DNA of 28,723 nt from the NCBI GenBank assembly GCA_030146505.1, contig JASLCO010000079.1:1-28723 (forward strand), read 5' to 3'. The notes beneath the pieces were generated by a model, which saw only the letters and a list, made by a program, of their open reading frames with translations, searched no databases and had not been told where the DNA came from. This document shows, piece after piece, positions 1-9,306 of the stretch. The first letter of the stretch is position 1. Each line of letters begins with the position of its first letter. The DNA is from Moraxellaceae bacterium. GTDB taxonomy: Bacteria; Pseudomonadota; Gammaproteobacteria; Pseudomonadales; Moraxellaceae. Position numbers and translations under genes: made by a program.

Positions 1-34
1 AATCGTGAATCGTGAATCGTGAATCGTGAATCGT
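1..34 (+). repeat. Heptamer tandem repeat (AATCGTG)n, truncated by the window edge
   Basis: Four exact AATCGTG units plus AATCGT, read directly. Confidence 0.95.
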
Positions 35-67
35 CGTTTTTCTATAAATTAAGCCTCTGTCAAGCAC

Positions 68-132
68 CATCGCGGCTAAAGCCCCTCCCATCAATCACAG
101 AATGCCTTGTGGGAGAGGCTTTAGCCGCGATG
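68..132. repeat. REP-like inverted doublet, family A variant
   Basis: CATCGCGGCTAAAGCCCCTCCCA (68-90) pairs with TGGGAGAGGCTTTAGCCGCGATG (110-132); same core as the copies at 2893 and 28600. Confidence 0.85.
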
Positions 133-188
133 CTTTTCCGCTTTTGCTTCTCACGAGCCACATTCACTCAAGACGCAAAGCGGCGATC

Positions 189-1112
189 TCACGTTTCACG
201 CTTCTTCGCCCGCGGATGCGCCTTGTCGTATACATCCGCCAGATGCTGGAAATCGAGATGGGTGTAAATCTGCGTGGTGCTGATATCGGCATGGCCCAGC
301 AACTCCTGCACGGCACGCAGATCATGCGAGGACTCCAGCAGATGTGAGGCGAAGGAATGGCGCAGCATATGCGGATGTACATGTTGCGGCAGGCCGGCGC
401 GCTGCGCCTGATAGGCAAGGCGCAGCTGCACCGCACGCTCGGTAAAGCGTGCACCTTTGGGCGTGATGAATAGCCAGTCTTCGCTTTTATCCGTAAGCCA
501 TGAGTGGCGCAGACGCAACCAGGCTTCCAGCGCTTCACGCGCCTTGCGGCCTACCGGCAGGCGGCGTGTCTTGTTGCCTTTACCCGTGACCGTGATATGC
601 CCTGCCGGCAAATCCAGATCGGGCAGGCGTGCAAACGTCAGCTCGGACAAGCGCAGCCCCGATGAGTAAAAAAGCTCCATGGCCGCACGATCACGCAACC
701 AGAGAGATTTTTCCGGTTCGTCGTCGGGCGCGGGAGCATCCAGCAGGGTCTGTATGGCATCCACATCTAGCACACGCGGCAATTCGCGCTTGTGGGTTTT
801 CAGCCGTATGCCACGGGCCGGATTGAAGGCCGCTTCGCCGGTCTTTGCCAGCCAGTCATAAAAACCACGCAGGGAAGACATGAGTCTTTGCTGGCTGCGT
901 ATATCCAGGCCTTGCTCGGAAACACGGGCAATGAATTCTTCCAGCAGATATTGATCGAGACTGCGCCAGTGACTGAAACCTCCCTCACGCAAAAATGCCG
1001 CGAGCTTTTCCAGATCGCGGCGATAGGCATTGACGGTATGGGGAGACAAGGCACGCTGGCTGGCTTGCTGCGACAGATAGGCCGCCTGCAATGCTTCCAG
1101 CTGGTCGGGCAT
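189..1112 (-). CDS. xerC: Tyrosine recombinase XerC
   Basis: Catalytic motifs SGLRLSEL, GKGNK, HMLRHSFASH, LGHA and TQIY; canonical position after dapF-DUF484. Confidence 0.95.
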   Translation of the reverse strand: MPDQLEALQAAYLSQQASQRALSPHTVNAYRRDLEKLAAFLREGGFSHWRSLDQYLLEEFIARVSEQGLDIRSQQRLMSSLRGFYDWLAKTGEAAFNPARGIRLKTHKRELPRVLDVDAIQTLLDAPAPDDEPEKSLWLRDRAAMELFYSSGLRLSELTFARLPDLDLPAGHITVTGKGNKTRRLPVGRKAREALEAWLRLRHSWLTDKSEDWLFITPKGARFTERAVQLRLAYQAQRAGLPQHVHPHMLRHSFASHLLESSHDLRAVQELLGHADISTTQIYTHLDFQHLADVYDKAHPRAKKRET

Positions 1113-1801
1113 CAGGCTGTCTGGCGCTGCAGCTGCGCCGCCAGCATGGGCACCAGCACGCGGGCCAGCACATCGCCCACAAAGCTGATGAAAAGCGTAT
1201 CCATGGACGTGCGGAAATGTTCGGCACTGCTGGAACCGATGGCGAGCAGGCCCAGCGGGCGATCTGCCTGCAGCGGCACCACGGCACAGGATTTCACCTG
1301 CTCGCCTTCATGACCAAACAGGAAGGTGAGCTCTTCGCGGCGCAGCTGACCGGCAATGGCCTGGCGGCCCTTGATCAGAGATGGCACATGATCCTGCGCA
1401 TCCTGCAGATGCACGCTCTGCGCAGCGCCGGTAGCGCCCTTGGCATCAAACAGCAGGAAGCTCACGAACTCGGAACTGAAGCGCGCCTTGAGCTCGCGCT
1501 CCAGTGCAGCAGCGAGATCCGCCAGGCTGTCCGACTCCAGCAGGGCGAGAATCAGACCGCGCATTTTTTCAAACAGCATGTCGTTTTCACGCGCGACATC
1601 GAGCAGGCGATGCAGGCGCTCGCGCAGCTCGACATTACGTTCGCGCAGCACGCTGACCTGGCGCTCCACCAGCGAGACAGCGCCACCGCTGGCATGGGGC
1701 ACGGAAAGCTCGGTCAGCAAGTCCGGATGACGCTCGAAAAAATCCCGGTGCGACTTGAGATAGGCCGCGACCTGGGCTTCAGAGGGAAATTCGCCGGACA
1801 T
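1112..1801 (-). CDS. DUF484 (YigA-like) protein
   Basis: VAAYLKSHRDFFERHPDLL and GAVSLVERQ motifs, C-terminal MDTLF; lies between dapF and xerC. Confidence 0.9.
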   Translation of the reverse strand: MSGEFPSEAQVAAYLKSHRDFFERHPDLLTELSVPHASGGAVSLVERQVSVLRERNVELRERLHRLLDVARENDMLFEKMRGLILALLESDSLADLAAALERELKARFSSEFVSFLLFDAKGATGAAQSVHLQDAQDHVPSLIKGRQAIAGQLRREELTFLFGHEGEQVKSCAVVPLQADRPLGLLAIGSSSAEHFRTSMDTLFISFVGDVLARVLVPMLAAQLQRQTA

Positions 1802-1831
1802 GATGTTTCCTTTTTATTGGGACAGGCCGGC

Positions 1832-2731
1832 TTAACGCCGACGCTGCCGCTCCGTTTTATTGCCTTGCCTGTTACGGCCAGAGTTTTCCTGGCGCAGATC
1901 CGGCAGACGCAGCACGCCTTCGAATACGCGCGCTGTCGGGCCGTGCATGATCACGGGCTGGCCTTCGCCATCCCAGCGGATTTCCAGCTCGCCGCCGGGC
2001 AGCTTCACCATCACCGGGCTTTGCAGCCAGCCCAGACGTATGCCGGCAACAGCGGCCGCGCAGGCACCGGTGCCACAAGCCAGGGTTTCGCCACTGCCAC
2101 GCTCGAACACACGCAGGCGGATATGCTGCTTGTCCACAATCTGCATGAAACCCACATTCACGCGCTCGGGAAAACGCGCATGTGACTCCAGTGCCGGCCC
2201 CAGGGTTTCCACCGCAGCGGTGTCGACATTCTCGACACGCAGCACGGCATGCGGATTGCCCATATTCACCGTGGCCAGTTCCACATTCTGGCCTGCCACA
2301 TCCACGCGATAAGTCAGCGCTTCGGCATCAGCCTGGAAGGGAATTTGTGCCGGCGCAAAACGCGGCGCGCCCATGTCCACGGTGACCCAGCCATCATCAT
2401 CGGCACGCAGCTCGATGATGCCGCTGGCGGTTTCCACCTTCAGCACCTTTTTCTGGGTGAGACGGCGGTCGCGCACAAAACGGGCAAAGCAGCGCGCGCC
2501 ATTGCCGCACTGCGAAACCTCGGACCCATCGGCATTGAAGATGCGGTAGCGGAAATCCACCTCGGGCGTTTCCGGAGGCTCCACCAGCAGGAGCTGGTCG
2601 AAACCGACGCCAAAATGGCGGTCGGCGAGTTCCCTTATCTGCTCCGGGGTCAGCTTGACGCGCTGACTCACCAGATCGATCACCACAAAATCATTGCCGA
2701 GGCCGTGCATCTTGGTGAATTCCAGACGCAT
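1832..2731 (-). CDS. dapF: Diaminopimelate epimerase
   Basis: [25 protein letters not shown] and [13 protein letters not shown]; start moved to ATG 2731, which has a GGAG RBS. Confidence 0.97.
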   Translation of the reverse strand: MRLEFTKMHGLGNDFVVIDLVSQRVKLTPEQIRELADRHFGVGFDQLLLVEPPETPEVDFRYRIFNADGSEVSQCGNGARCFARFVRDRRLTQKKVLKVETASGIIELRADDDGWVTVDMGAPRFAPAQIPFQADAEALTYRVDVAGQNVELATVNMGNPHAVLRVENVDTAAVETLGPALESHARFPERVNVGFMQIVDKQHIRLRVFERGSGETLACGTGACAAAVAGIRLGWLQSPVMVKLPGGELEIRWDGEGQPVIMHGPTARVFEGVLRLPDLRQENSGRNRQGNKTERQRRR

Positions 2732-2790
2732 GACGGACTCCAATACTGATCGCGAACCCGGAGGCCCTTCCAAGACGGAAAGGCGCCCAC

Positions 2791-2816
2791 AAAAAAGCCC
2801 GCACTTGCGGGCTATT
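2791..2816 (-). terminator. Intrinsic terminator between lysA and dapF
   Basis: Minus strand AGCCCGC-AAGT-GCGGGCT followed by a T run. Confidence 0.7.
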
Positions 2817-2889
2817 CTGGGGGGCCGGCCCGCCGGGTTCAATCCCAATGAATCCGGGCTCGATCGCCGCAGGCGCCTTGTGACCCGTC

Positions 2890-2955
2890 CCCGTAGGAGC
2901 GGCTTTAGCCGCGAACCGTTCCGTTCGGGTTCGCGGCTAAAGCCGCTCCTACGGG
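2890..2955. repeat. REP doublet (REPIN-like), family A
   Basis: CCCGTAGGAGCGGCTTTAGCCGCGAACC ... GGTTCGCGGCTAAAGCCGCTCCTACGGG, a perfect inverted pair with GTAG ends. Confidence 0.9.
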
Positions 2956-2962
2956 ACGCGAG

Positions 2963-4213
2963 CTAGGGCAGCAGCGATTCCAGACCCAGCTGATCGGCCA
3001 CAGTTTCGCGACGACGTACCAGGCTGGCGGCGATGCCGTCGACCATGACCTCGGCAGCACGGCCACGGGTGTTGTAGTTGGAGCTCATGACAAAGCCGTA
3101 GGCACCGGCGCCCTTCACGGCCAGCAGATCGCCCGCCTCTATCTTCAGCTCGCGCTCCTTGCCCAGGAAGTCGCCGGTCTCGCAGACCGGGCCGACCACA
3201 TCGTAGACACGGGCAATCGTGTCATCGCTGCGCGGGCGCAGGGGCACGATGTCCATCCAGGCGCCATAAAGAGAAGGACGGATAAGGTCGTTCATGGCGG
3301 CATCGATGATGGCGAAGTTCTTGTGCGCCGTGGGCTTGAGGAACTCCACCCTGGCCAGCAATACGCCGGCATTGGCGGCAATGGCACGGCCCGGCTCCAT
3401 GTAAATCTTGAGCTGGCGACCGGCCAGCAGGGGCTTGAGTGCATTGGCGTATTCACCCGGCGTGGGCGGCTGCTCTTCGCGGTAACGCACACCGAGACCA
3501 CCACCGATATCCAGGTGCTCGATGACGATGCCGTGGGCCGCCAGGGTGTCCACCAGTTCCAGCACGCGCTTGAGCGCATCCACAAAAGGCGTGGTCTGGG
3601 TGAGCTGGGAACCGATATGGCAGTCCACGCCGACAATACGCAGGCCCGGCAACTTCTGCGCGCGCAGGTAGACCGCAGGCGCCACGGCGATATCGATGCC
3701 GAACTTGTTTTCCTTGAGGCCGGTGGAGATATAGGGATGCGTCTGCGCATCCACATCCGGATTCACGCGCAGGGACACCGGCGCGGTCTTGCCCAGGCTC
3801 ACGGCTACGGCATTGATGCGGTCGATTTCTGCATCCGATTCCACATTGAAACAGGCAATGCCGACTTCCAGCGCCCGGGCAATTTCCGCCTCCTGCTTGC
3901 CGAGACCGGAGAACACGATCTTGCCGGGCTCGGCACCCGCAGCCAGGGCACGTTCCAGCTCGCCACCGGAAACGATGTCGAAACCAGCACCAAGACGGGC
4001 CAGCACATTCAGCACGGCAATATTGGAATTGGCCTTCACCGCATAGCAGACCTGGTGCGGGATGCCGGCAAAGGCCTCGTCAAAAGCGCGATAGTTCTGC
4101 TCCAGCGCGGCACGGGAATAGACATAGGCCGGGGTGCCGAAACGGGCAGCAATCTGGCTCAGGGGCAGTTCTTCGGCAAAGAGCTCGCCGTTCTGGTAGG
4201 TGAAATGATCCAT
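2963..4213 (-). CDS. lysA: Diaminopimelate decarboxylase
   Basis: YAVKAN (PLP lysine), HIGSQ, EPGR, GPVCETGD and GAYGFVMSSNYN; start at MDHFTY (4213). Confidence 0.97.
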   Translation of the reverse strand: MDHFTYQNGELFAEELPLSQIAARFGTPAYVYSRAALEQNYRAFDEAFAGIPHQVCYAVKANSNIAVLNVLARLGAGFDIVSGGELERALAAGAEPGKIVFSGLGKQEAEIARALEVGIACFNVESDAEIDRINAVAVSLGKTAPVSLRVNPDVDAQTHPYISTGLKENKFGIDIAVAPAVYLRAQKLPGLRIVGVDCHIGSQLTQTTPFVDALKRVLELVDTLAAHGIVIEHLDIGGGLGVRYREEQPPTPGEYANALKPLLAGRQLKIYMEPGRAIAANAGVLLARVEFLKPTAHKNFAIIDAAMNDLIRPSLYGAWMDIVPLRPRSDDTIARVYDVVGPVCETGDFLGKERELKIEAGDLLAVKGAGAYGFVMSSNYNTRGRAAEVMVDGIAASLVRRRETVADQLGLESLLP

Positions 4214-4220
4214 AAACAAC

Positions 4221-4433
4221 TCAGTGGGCGGCAGCAGGGTTGGCGACGGCGCCACCATTTTCAGGCGTGGCAGCTTCGTCTTTCTTCTCTTCATCCCTTT
4301 TCTCTTCTGCTGCCGGCGCTGCCGGAGCGGCAGCATCCGCAGCAGGCGGCTTGGCCGGCATATAGAGCGGACCCTTCTGGCCACAGGCCGTCACACAGGC
4401 CGCGAGCAGCAGGACAAACAGGGAACGGGACAT
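4221..4433 (-). CDS. lptM: Small lipoprotein, LptM/LppL (YifL) family
   Basis: Lipobox VTAC followed by GQKGPLY; immediately upstream of lysA and divergent from cyaY. Confidence 0.88.
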   Translation of the reverse strand: MSRSLFVLLLAACVTACGQKGPLYMPAKPPAADAAAPAAPAAEEKRDEEKKDEAATPENGGAVANPAAAH

Positions 4434-4467
4434 GGGCAGGCACCCGGGAAAAAGGAGAGGGGCCACG

Positions 4468-4496
4468 ATTATAACGACCGGCGTCGCTCATGGCAT
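4468..4496 (-). promoter_or_regulatory. Putative sigma70 promoter for lptM-lysA
   Basis: Minus strand ATGCCA-N17-TATAAT (perfect -10, partial -35). Confidence 0.5.
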
Positions 4497-4560
4497 GGTC
4501 CTGGTGCCTGGGGCTATCATCGCGACCCTGCTTGCAAGACCCACCACCGGGGCGAAAACC

Positions 4561-4884
4561 ATGAACGAGAGCGAATTCAACCAGGCCGCCGATGCCACCC
4601 TGCTGGCCATAGAAGAAGCCGTGGAGACCCTGCAGGACGAGCATGACATCGATTTTGAAATGAGCGGCGGCATACTCACGCTCACGTTTGAAAACGGCAG
4701 CAAGGTCATCATCAACCGCCAGCTCGCCACCCGCGAAATCTGGGTGGCAGCGCGCTCGGGCGGCTTCCACTGCGGCCGCAGGGATGACGGCTGGTTCTGC
4801 AATACCACGAGTGAAAGCCTGGCCGCCCTGCTCTCCCGCGTCTGCAGTGAACAGGCAGGCGCCCGCCTCACCCTCTCCCTCTGA
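4561..4884 (+). CDS. cyaY: Iron donor protein CyaY (frataxin)
   Basis: MNESEF start, GILTLTFENGSKVIINRQ and EIWVAARSGGFH. Confidence 0.95.
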   Translation: MNESEFNQAADATLLAIEEAVETLQDEHDIDFEMSGGILTLTFENGSKVIINRQLATREIWVAARSGGFHCGRRDDGWFCNTTSESLAALLSRVCSEQAGARLTLSL

Positions 4885-4894
4885 ACCCTCTCTC

Positions 4895-5740
4895 CTACGG
4901 GAAAGACAAGCCAACAGCCTCCAGCAGGAAAGGAATCACGACCTCGCCGTGGCGACTCCAACGGAAGTGATCGCGCGCGCCGACAGGCAGTACACCGGCG
5001 TCCAGATGGATGTGCCGCGCTGAAGGCAGCTTGGACGCCAGAAAGGCGGCGGCACCTGCCGGCGCAAAATCATCGCCCTCCAATGAAAAAACGCGTACCG
5101 GCAGCAACACCTTTTTCAGTCCGGCCTCGTAATCCATGCCGGCATTGATCAGGTCATAACGCCCGTGCACGGCTGCATTGGCCCAGTCCGCCATTTCCGA
5201 ACGCGCCTGCCGCCCGCCAAAACCCAGCCTCTTGCCCGGGAAATAGCCCAGCAGCAGCGCTGGCAGGCGCACGAATTGCGTTTGCAGCAGAATCCCCAGG
5301 CTTTGTGGAAAGGGCCAGCCGCGAAAGTAGGTACTGCCGCAGGCGATGGTGATAACACCGCTGACGCCCTGCGGTTGATGCGCCAGATAAAGCAGGGCCA
5401 GTTGCCCGCCCTGGCTGTGGCCCAGGAAATAAAGCGGCAGCCCCGGGAGGCGCGCCTGCAGGGCCGAGGTCATGGCCGGCCAGTCCTGCTCGACCATGGT
5501 GGCATAGCCCCAGTCCACGCGACGCGAAGCACGCAGGGAACTGCTGCCCTGACCACGCAGGTCGGTTACCGCCACGGCAAACCCTTGTGCTGCCAGTTCG
5601 CCGGCAAAGCGGTCGTAATAAGAAGCTGCCACGCCCATGGCCGGACACAGGAGGAAAGCCGCGCGTGGTTTTGGTGCCGCAAAAAGCCTGAGCCTGAAAG
5701 TGTGGCCATCTGCCGCACGAACGGGAATTTCCTGCATCAC
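4895..5740 (-). CDS. Alpha/beta fold hydrolase
   Basis: GHSQGG nucleophile elbow, DLRGQG, PAMGV and a C-terminal DHF; start GTG 5740 or ATG 5737. Confidence 0.88.
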   Translation of the reverse strand: MMQEIPVRAADGHTFRLRLFAAPKPRAAFLLCPAMGVAASYYDRFAGELAAQGFAVAVTDLRGQGSSSLRASRRVDWGYATMVEQDWPAMTSALQARLPGLPLYFLGHSQGGQLALLYLAHQPQGVSGVITIACGSTYFRGWPFPQSLGILLQTQFVRLPALLLGYFPGKRLGFGGRQARSEMADWANAAVHGRYDLINAGMDYEAGLKKVLLPVRVFSLEGDDFAPAGAAAFLASKLPSARHIHLDAGVLPVGARDHFRWSRHGEVVIPFLLEAVGLSFP

Positions 5741-5785
5741 GACACTCCTGTGTACGGCAATGAAAACCGGTGGGAGGACCGGCCC

Positions 5786-5816
5786 AAAAACAAAACGGAC
5801 CGCAAGCGGTCCGTTT
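5786..5816 (-). terminator. Intrinsic terminator of the beta-barrel gene
   Basis: AAACGGACCGC/GCGGTCCGTTT hairpin with a T-rich tail on the minus strand, about 15 nt after the stop. Confidence 0.8.
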
Positions 5817-5831
5817 CCCGGAAAATGCCTT

Positions 5832-6383
5832 TCAGAAAGCGAAGGTTACCGCCAGGCTGGCCTGGTCCAGATCGGAGTCACCCTGGCCATTGATGGCATC
5901 ACGTATCTGTATGCGCTCGCCAGTCAGGCGCAGGCCCACGGCATCGTTCACCTGGTAATGCAGACCGACACCAAAGCCCAGCTGGAAATTGCTGTCCTTG
6001 TCCGAGCCTGTAAGCGTGTCATCTGCCTTCACTTCCAGGTAATTTCCGGAGAGCTTGCCGAAAAGACTGAGCTGCTGCGTGAGGGGGGCCTTGCCCAGCA
6101 GGGCGAACTGGAAACCGGAGCTCTTGATCGTCAGCTCGTCCGGAGGCATGGAAATGGAAACCTCGGCCTCCGTCATGTAGAGCGCTTCCAGGCCCAGATA
6201 GGGATTGATGTCGGCACCTATGCCCACAAGGGCACGACCGAAATTGTCGTCCACCGTGGCGCCGGCCGGCGTAACGTCATCAAGATCTGCCGTGCCCATG
6301 GCGCCACCCACGATGAGGTAGGGGCCGGCAAAAGCTGTCAGGGGCATGCAAAGGGTAAAGGCCAGGGCAAGCTTCTTCATCAT
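5832..6383 (-). CDS. OmpA-like 8-stranded outer-membrane beta-barrel protein
   Basis: Signal peptide ending AFA, NPYLGLE, FGVGLHYQV and a C-terminal Phe (VTFAF). Confidence 0.85.
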   Translation of the reverse strand: MMKKLALAFTLCMPLTAFAGPYLIVGGAMGTADLDDVTPAGATVDDNFGRALVGIGADINPYLGLEALYMTEAEVSISMPPDELTIKSSGFQFALLGKAPLTQQLSLFGKLSGNYLEVKADDTLTGSDKDSNFQLGFGVGLHYQVNDAVGLRLTGERIQIRDAINGQGDSDLDQASLAVTFAF

Positions 6384-6432
6384 GGCAGGAATCCTTTTTG
6401 GTCGGGGGGCGATCCCTCCGCGGGGTCATGCA

Positions 6433-6461
6433 ACCCTAGGAAAGGACGGCCCCGGCGTCAA
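6433..6461 (-). promoter_or_regulatory. Putative sigma70 promoter for the beta-barrel gene
   Basis: Minus strand TTGACG-N17-TAGGGT, about 50 nt upstream of the ATG and downstream of the rimO terminator. Confidence 0.55.
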
Positions 6462-6487
6462 TGCCGCCTGCTCGTATCCTGCTGCAG

Positions 6488-6515
6488 AAAAAGGCAGGGA
6501 ACATCTCCCCTGCCT
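6488..6515 (-). terminator. Intrinsic terminator of rimO
   Basis: AGGCAGGG/CCCTGCCT stem followed by TTTT on the minus strand. Confidence 0.7.
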
Positions 6516-6554
6516 GCCCATCCGACAGCTCCCTCATCCAGCGCGCACCCCGCC

Positions 6555-7877
6555 TCATTCGGCAAACAGGTCGTACTCGTTGGCATCCGTCACACGCACG
6601 CGCAGGATGTCGCCCGGCTTGATGCTGCGGATGTCGTCACGCTCGATGAAGACATTACCGTCGATTTCCGGCGCGTCGGCACGGGAGCGGGCGATGGCGA
6701 CGTTTTCTTCCTCGTCGATCTCATCCACGATGACATCGATTTCCGTGCCTATCTTGCGCATCAGGCGCTCGGCGGAAATTTCCGCAGCCAGTTTCATGAA
6801 GCGCTCGTAGCGTTCCTGCTTCACGTCGTCCGGTACCGGATCGGGCAGCTCATTGGCCGGGGCGCCATCCACTTCCGAATAAGTGAAGCAGCCCACGCGA
6901 TCCAGTTGCGCTTCCTGCAACCAGTCCAGCAGTTCCTGGAATTCTGCTTCGGTTTCACCCGGGAAGCCGACAATGAAGGTGGAACGGATCGTGAGCTCGG
7001 GGCAGATTTCACGCCATTTGCGGATGCGCTCCAGCGTATTTTCGGCATGGGCCGGACGCTTCATGCGCTTCAACACGCTCGGGCTGCCGTGCTGGAAAGG
7101 AATATCCAGATAGGGAAGGATTTTGCCCTCCGCCATCAGCGGAATGATCTCGTCCACATGCGGATAGGGATACACATAATGCAGGCGCACCCATATCCCC
7201 AGGCTCCCCAACGCTTCGCACATTTCTTTCATGCGCGTTTTCACCGGGCGGCCGCCCCAGAAATCCAGCTTGTATTTCAGGTCCACGCCATAAGCGCTGG
7301 TGTCCTGTGAAATCACGAGAATTTCCTTCACACCGGCCTTGGCCAGGTTTTCCGCTTCCTGCAAGACAGAGCCCACCGGACGCGACACCAGATCACCGCG
7401 CATGGAGGGAATGATGCAGAAAGTGCAGCGGTGATTGCAGCCTTCGGAAATTTTCAGGTAGGCATAATGCTTCGGGGTCAGGCGTATGCCCTGCGGCGGC
7501 ACGAGGTCGAGGAAAGGATCGTGCTTGGGCGGCAGGTACTGGTGCACGGCCCCCATCACTTCTTCGTAGGCGTGCGGGCCGGTGACTTTCAGCACGGAAG
7601 GATGCACGTCGCGGATGGCGTCTTCGCGCTTGCCAAGGCAGCCGGTCACGATGACCTTGCCGTTTTCCGCCAGCGCCTCGCCAATGGCATCCAGCGACTC
7701 CTGCACGGCTGAATCAATGAAACCGCAAGTGTTCACCACCACGAGATCGGCGCCGTCATAGGTGGGCGAGACTTCGTATCCCTCGGCCTTGAGCTGGGTG
7801 AGGATGCGTTCGGAATCCACCAGGGCCTTGGGACAGCCGAGGCTGACAAAACCGACCTTGGGTTGGGTGCTGGACAT
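6555..7877 (-). CDS. rimO: Ribosomal protein S12 methylthiotransferase RimO
   Basis: [18 protein letters not shown], radical-[20 protein letters not shown] and TRAM-domain DAPEIDG; start MSSTQPK at 7877. Confidence 0.97.
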   Translation of the reverse strand: MSSTQPKVGFVSLGCPKALVDSERILTQLKAEGYEVSPTYDGADLVVVNTCGFIDSAVQESLDAIGEALAENGKVIVTGCLGKREDAIRDVHPSVLKVTGPHAYEEVMGAVHQYLPPKHDPFLDLVPPQGIRLTPKHYAYLKISEGCNHRCTFCIIPSMRGDLVSRPVGSVLQEAENLAKAGVKEILVISQDTSAYGVDLKYKLDFWGGRPVKTRMKEMCEALGSLGIWVRLHYVYPYPHVDEIIPLMAEGKILPYLDIPFQHGSPSVLKRMKRPAHAENTLERIRKWREICPELTIRSTFIVGFPGETEAEFQELLDWLQEAQLDRVGCFTYSEVDGAPANELPDPVPDDVKQERYERFMKLAAEISAERLMRKIGTEIDVIVDEIDEEENVAIARSRADAPEIDGNVFIERDDIRSIKPGDILRVRVTDANEYDLFAE

Positions 7878-8033
7878 GAGGGCTCCACCGGGTGAACCGG
7901 AATCTGGCAGGCCCGCTGGGAATGAGGGGCCGGCTGGGTAAAAAGCGCGCAATTGTACTGCCCGTCCCGGTGGGCGGCCAGCATAGCCGGAAGCGCGACA
8001 GCTTCGCCGGCAACGCCTATGCTTCAGCACGAA

Positions 8034-8050
8034 CGCCCCAATACGGTGCA
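8034..8050. promoter_or_regulatory. Putative NtrC binding site 1
   Basis: CGCCCCA-ATA-CGGTGCA versus consensus TGCACCA-N3-TGGTGCA. Confidence 0.6.
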
Positions 8051-8101
8051 TCAAGCCCAGAAATGGCGCACAACTGGCCGGCCCAGTGCGGCAAGAGACC
8101 A

Positions 8102-8118
8102 TGCACCACCCTGATGCA
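8102..8118. promoter_or_regulatory. Putative NtrC binding site 2
   Basis: TGCACCA-CCC-TGATGCA, one mismatch to consensus. Confidence 0.75.
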
Positions 8119-8134
8119 GCGGGCCTGGCCGGGT

Positions 8135-8150
8135 TGGTGCATTTATTGCT
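8135..8150 (+). promoter_or_regulatory. Putative sigma54 (-24/-12) promoter of glnL-glnG
   Basis: TGGTGCATTTATTGCT: GG-N10-GC with TTGC, about 60 nt upstream of glnL. Confidence 0.65.
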
Positions 8151-8211
8151 GGACCTGGCTGCACCAGGCCCGGCCGATACCACCATCCGGGCTCACCGTC
8201 GGCAGGACCCC

Positions 8212-9306
8212 ATGCAGGACAACAACCTCTTTGCCCGAAGGCTGCTGGAAAACCTGAGTACCGCCGTGCTCCTGGTCGATGCGGCCCTGATCGTGCGCTA
8301 CCTCAACCCCGCTGCCGAGGCGCTGCTGGCCGTCAGCCGTGCCCGCGCCACCGGCATGCCGTTCACCGAATGCTTCGTGGAAGCGGGCAATGCCGACACC
8401 GCCGGTGCCCTGCGTGAAACCCTGGCCACCTCGCATCCCTTCACCAAGCGCGAAGTGCACCTGCGCGTGGGCACGCAGGAAATCATTGTGGATTACACGG
8501 CCGCGCCGCTGCTGATTCCGGGGGAGCCGGTATCGCTGCTGATAGAAATGCAGCAGATGGACAGGCTGCTGCGCATCTCGCGCGAAGAAGCCCTGCTCGC
8601 CAGCCACCAGGCGGCGCGCGCGCTGGTCCGCGGCGTGGCACACGAAATCAAGAATCCCCTGGGCGGCATACGCGGCGCCGCGCAATTGCTGGCGCGCACT
8701 GCGCCCGGCGCCGACCTTGGCGAATACACCAGCATCATCGTGGAAGAGACGGATCGCCTGCGCAATCTCGCCGACCGCATGCTGGGCCCGCGCAAACTGC
8801 CGGAAATGCAGCCGGTGAACATCCACGAATGCCTGGAGCGCGTGCGCTCGCTGATGCTGGTGGAGGCCGACGGCCGCGTGCAGATACGCCGCGACTACGA
8901 CCCGTCCCTGCCCGAACTCAATGCCGATCCGGAGCAGCTCATACAGGTGCTGCTGAACATCGGCGGCAATGCCCTGCAGGCCCTGCTGGAAAATCCGGAG
9001 CAGCAGGATGCACAGATCACGCTGCGCACGCGCCACCTGCGCCAGTTCACGATAGGCGCCGTGCGGCATCGCCTGGTCATGCGCATAGACATCACCGACA
9101 ACGGTCCCGGCATTCCGCCCGCGCTGCTGGAGACGATTTTCTATCCCATGGTGAGCGGGCGCGCGAATGGCAGCGGACTTGGCCTCTCGATTGCACAGGA
9201 CATCATCAGCCAGTACCAGGGCCTGATCGAATGCGAATCACGTCCCGGACAAACCACCTTCAGCATTTTGTTGCCAGTCGAGCAAGAACACGGAGTAAAC
9301 AAGTGA
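8212..9306 (+). CDS. glnL: Nitrogen regulation sensor kinase NtrB
   Basis: PAS-like N-terminus, AHEIKNPLGGIRGAAQLL, RDYDPSLP, DNGPGIP and FYPMVSGR; start ATG 8212 after AGGA. Confidence 0.96.
   Translation: MQDNNLFARRLLENLSTAVLLVDAALIVRYLNPAAEALLAVSRARATGMPFTECFVEAGNADTAGALRETLATSHPFTKREVHLRVGTQEIIVDYTAAPLLIPGEPVSLLIEMQQMDRLLRISREEALLASHQAARALVRGVAHEIKNPLGGIRGAAQLLARTAPGADLGEYTSIIVEETDRLRNLADRMLGPRKLPEMQPVNIHECLERVRSLMLVEADGRVQIRRDYDPSLPELNADPEQLIQVLLNIGGNALQALLENPEQQDAQITLRTRHLRQFTIGAVRHRLVMRIDITDNGPGIPPALLETIFYPMVSGRANGSGLGLSIAQDIISQYQGLIECESRPGQTTFSILLPVEQEHGVNK

Noticed and set aside
189..1112. Tyrosine recombinase as a phage or island integrase
   Set aside because: Sequence and the dapF-DUF484 context identify it as housekeeping XerC; no att sites or cargo are visible
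2835..2846. GGGTTCAATCCC resembling a tRNA T-loop
   Set aside because: Only 2-3 bp of stem, and no acceptor, D or anticodon arms
4866..4907. CCTCACCCTCTCCC...CCCTCTCTCC pyrimidine tract resembling BoxC-like repeats
   Set aside because: Mostly coding sequence at the ends of cyaY and the hydrolase; the complementary arm is poor and there is a single occurrence
8064..8078. Second GG-N10-GC motif, TGGCGCACAACTGGC
   Set aside because: The -12 element is TGGC rather than TTGC; weaker than the 8135 site, though not excluded
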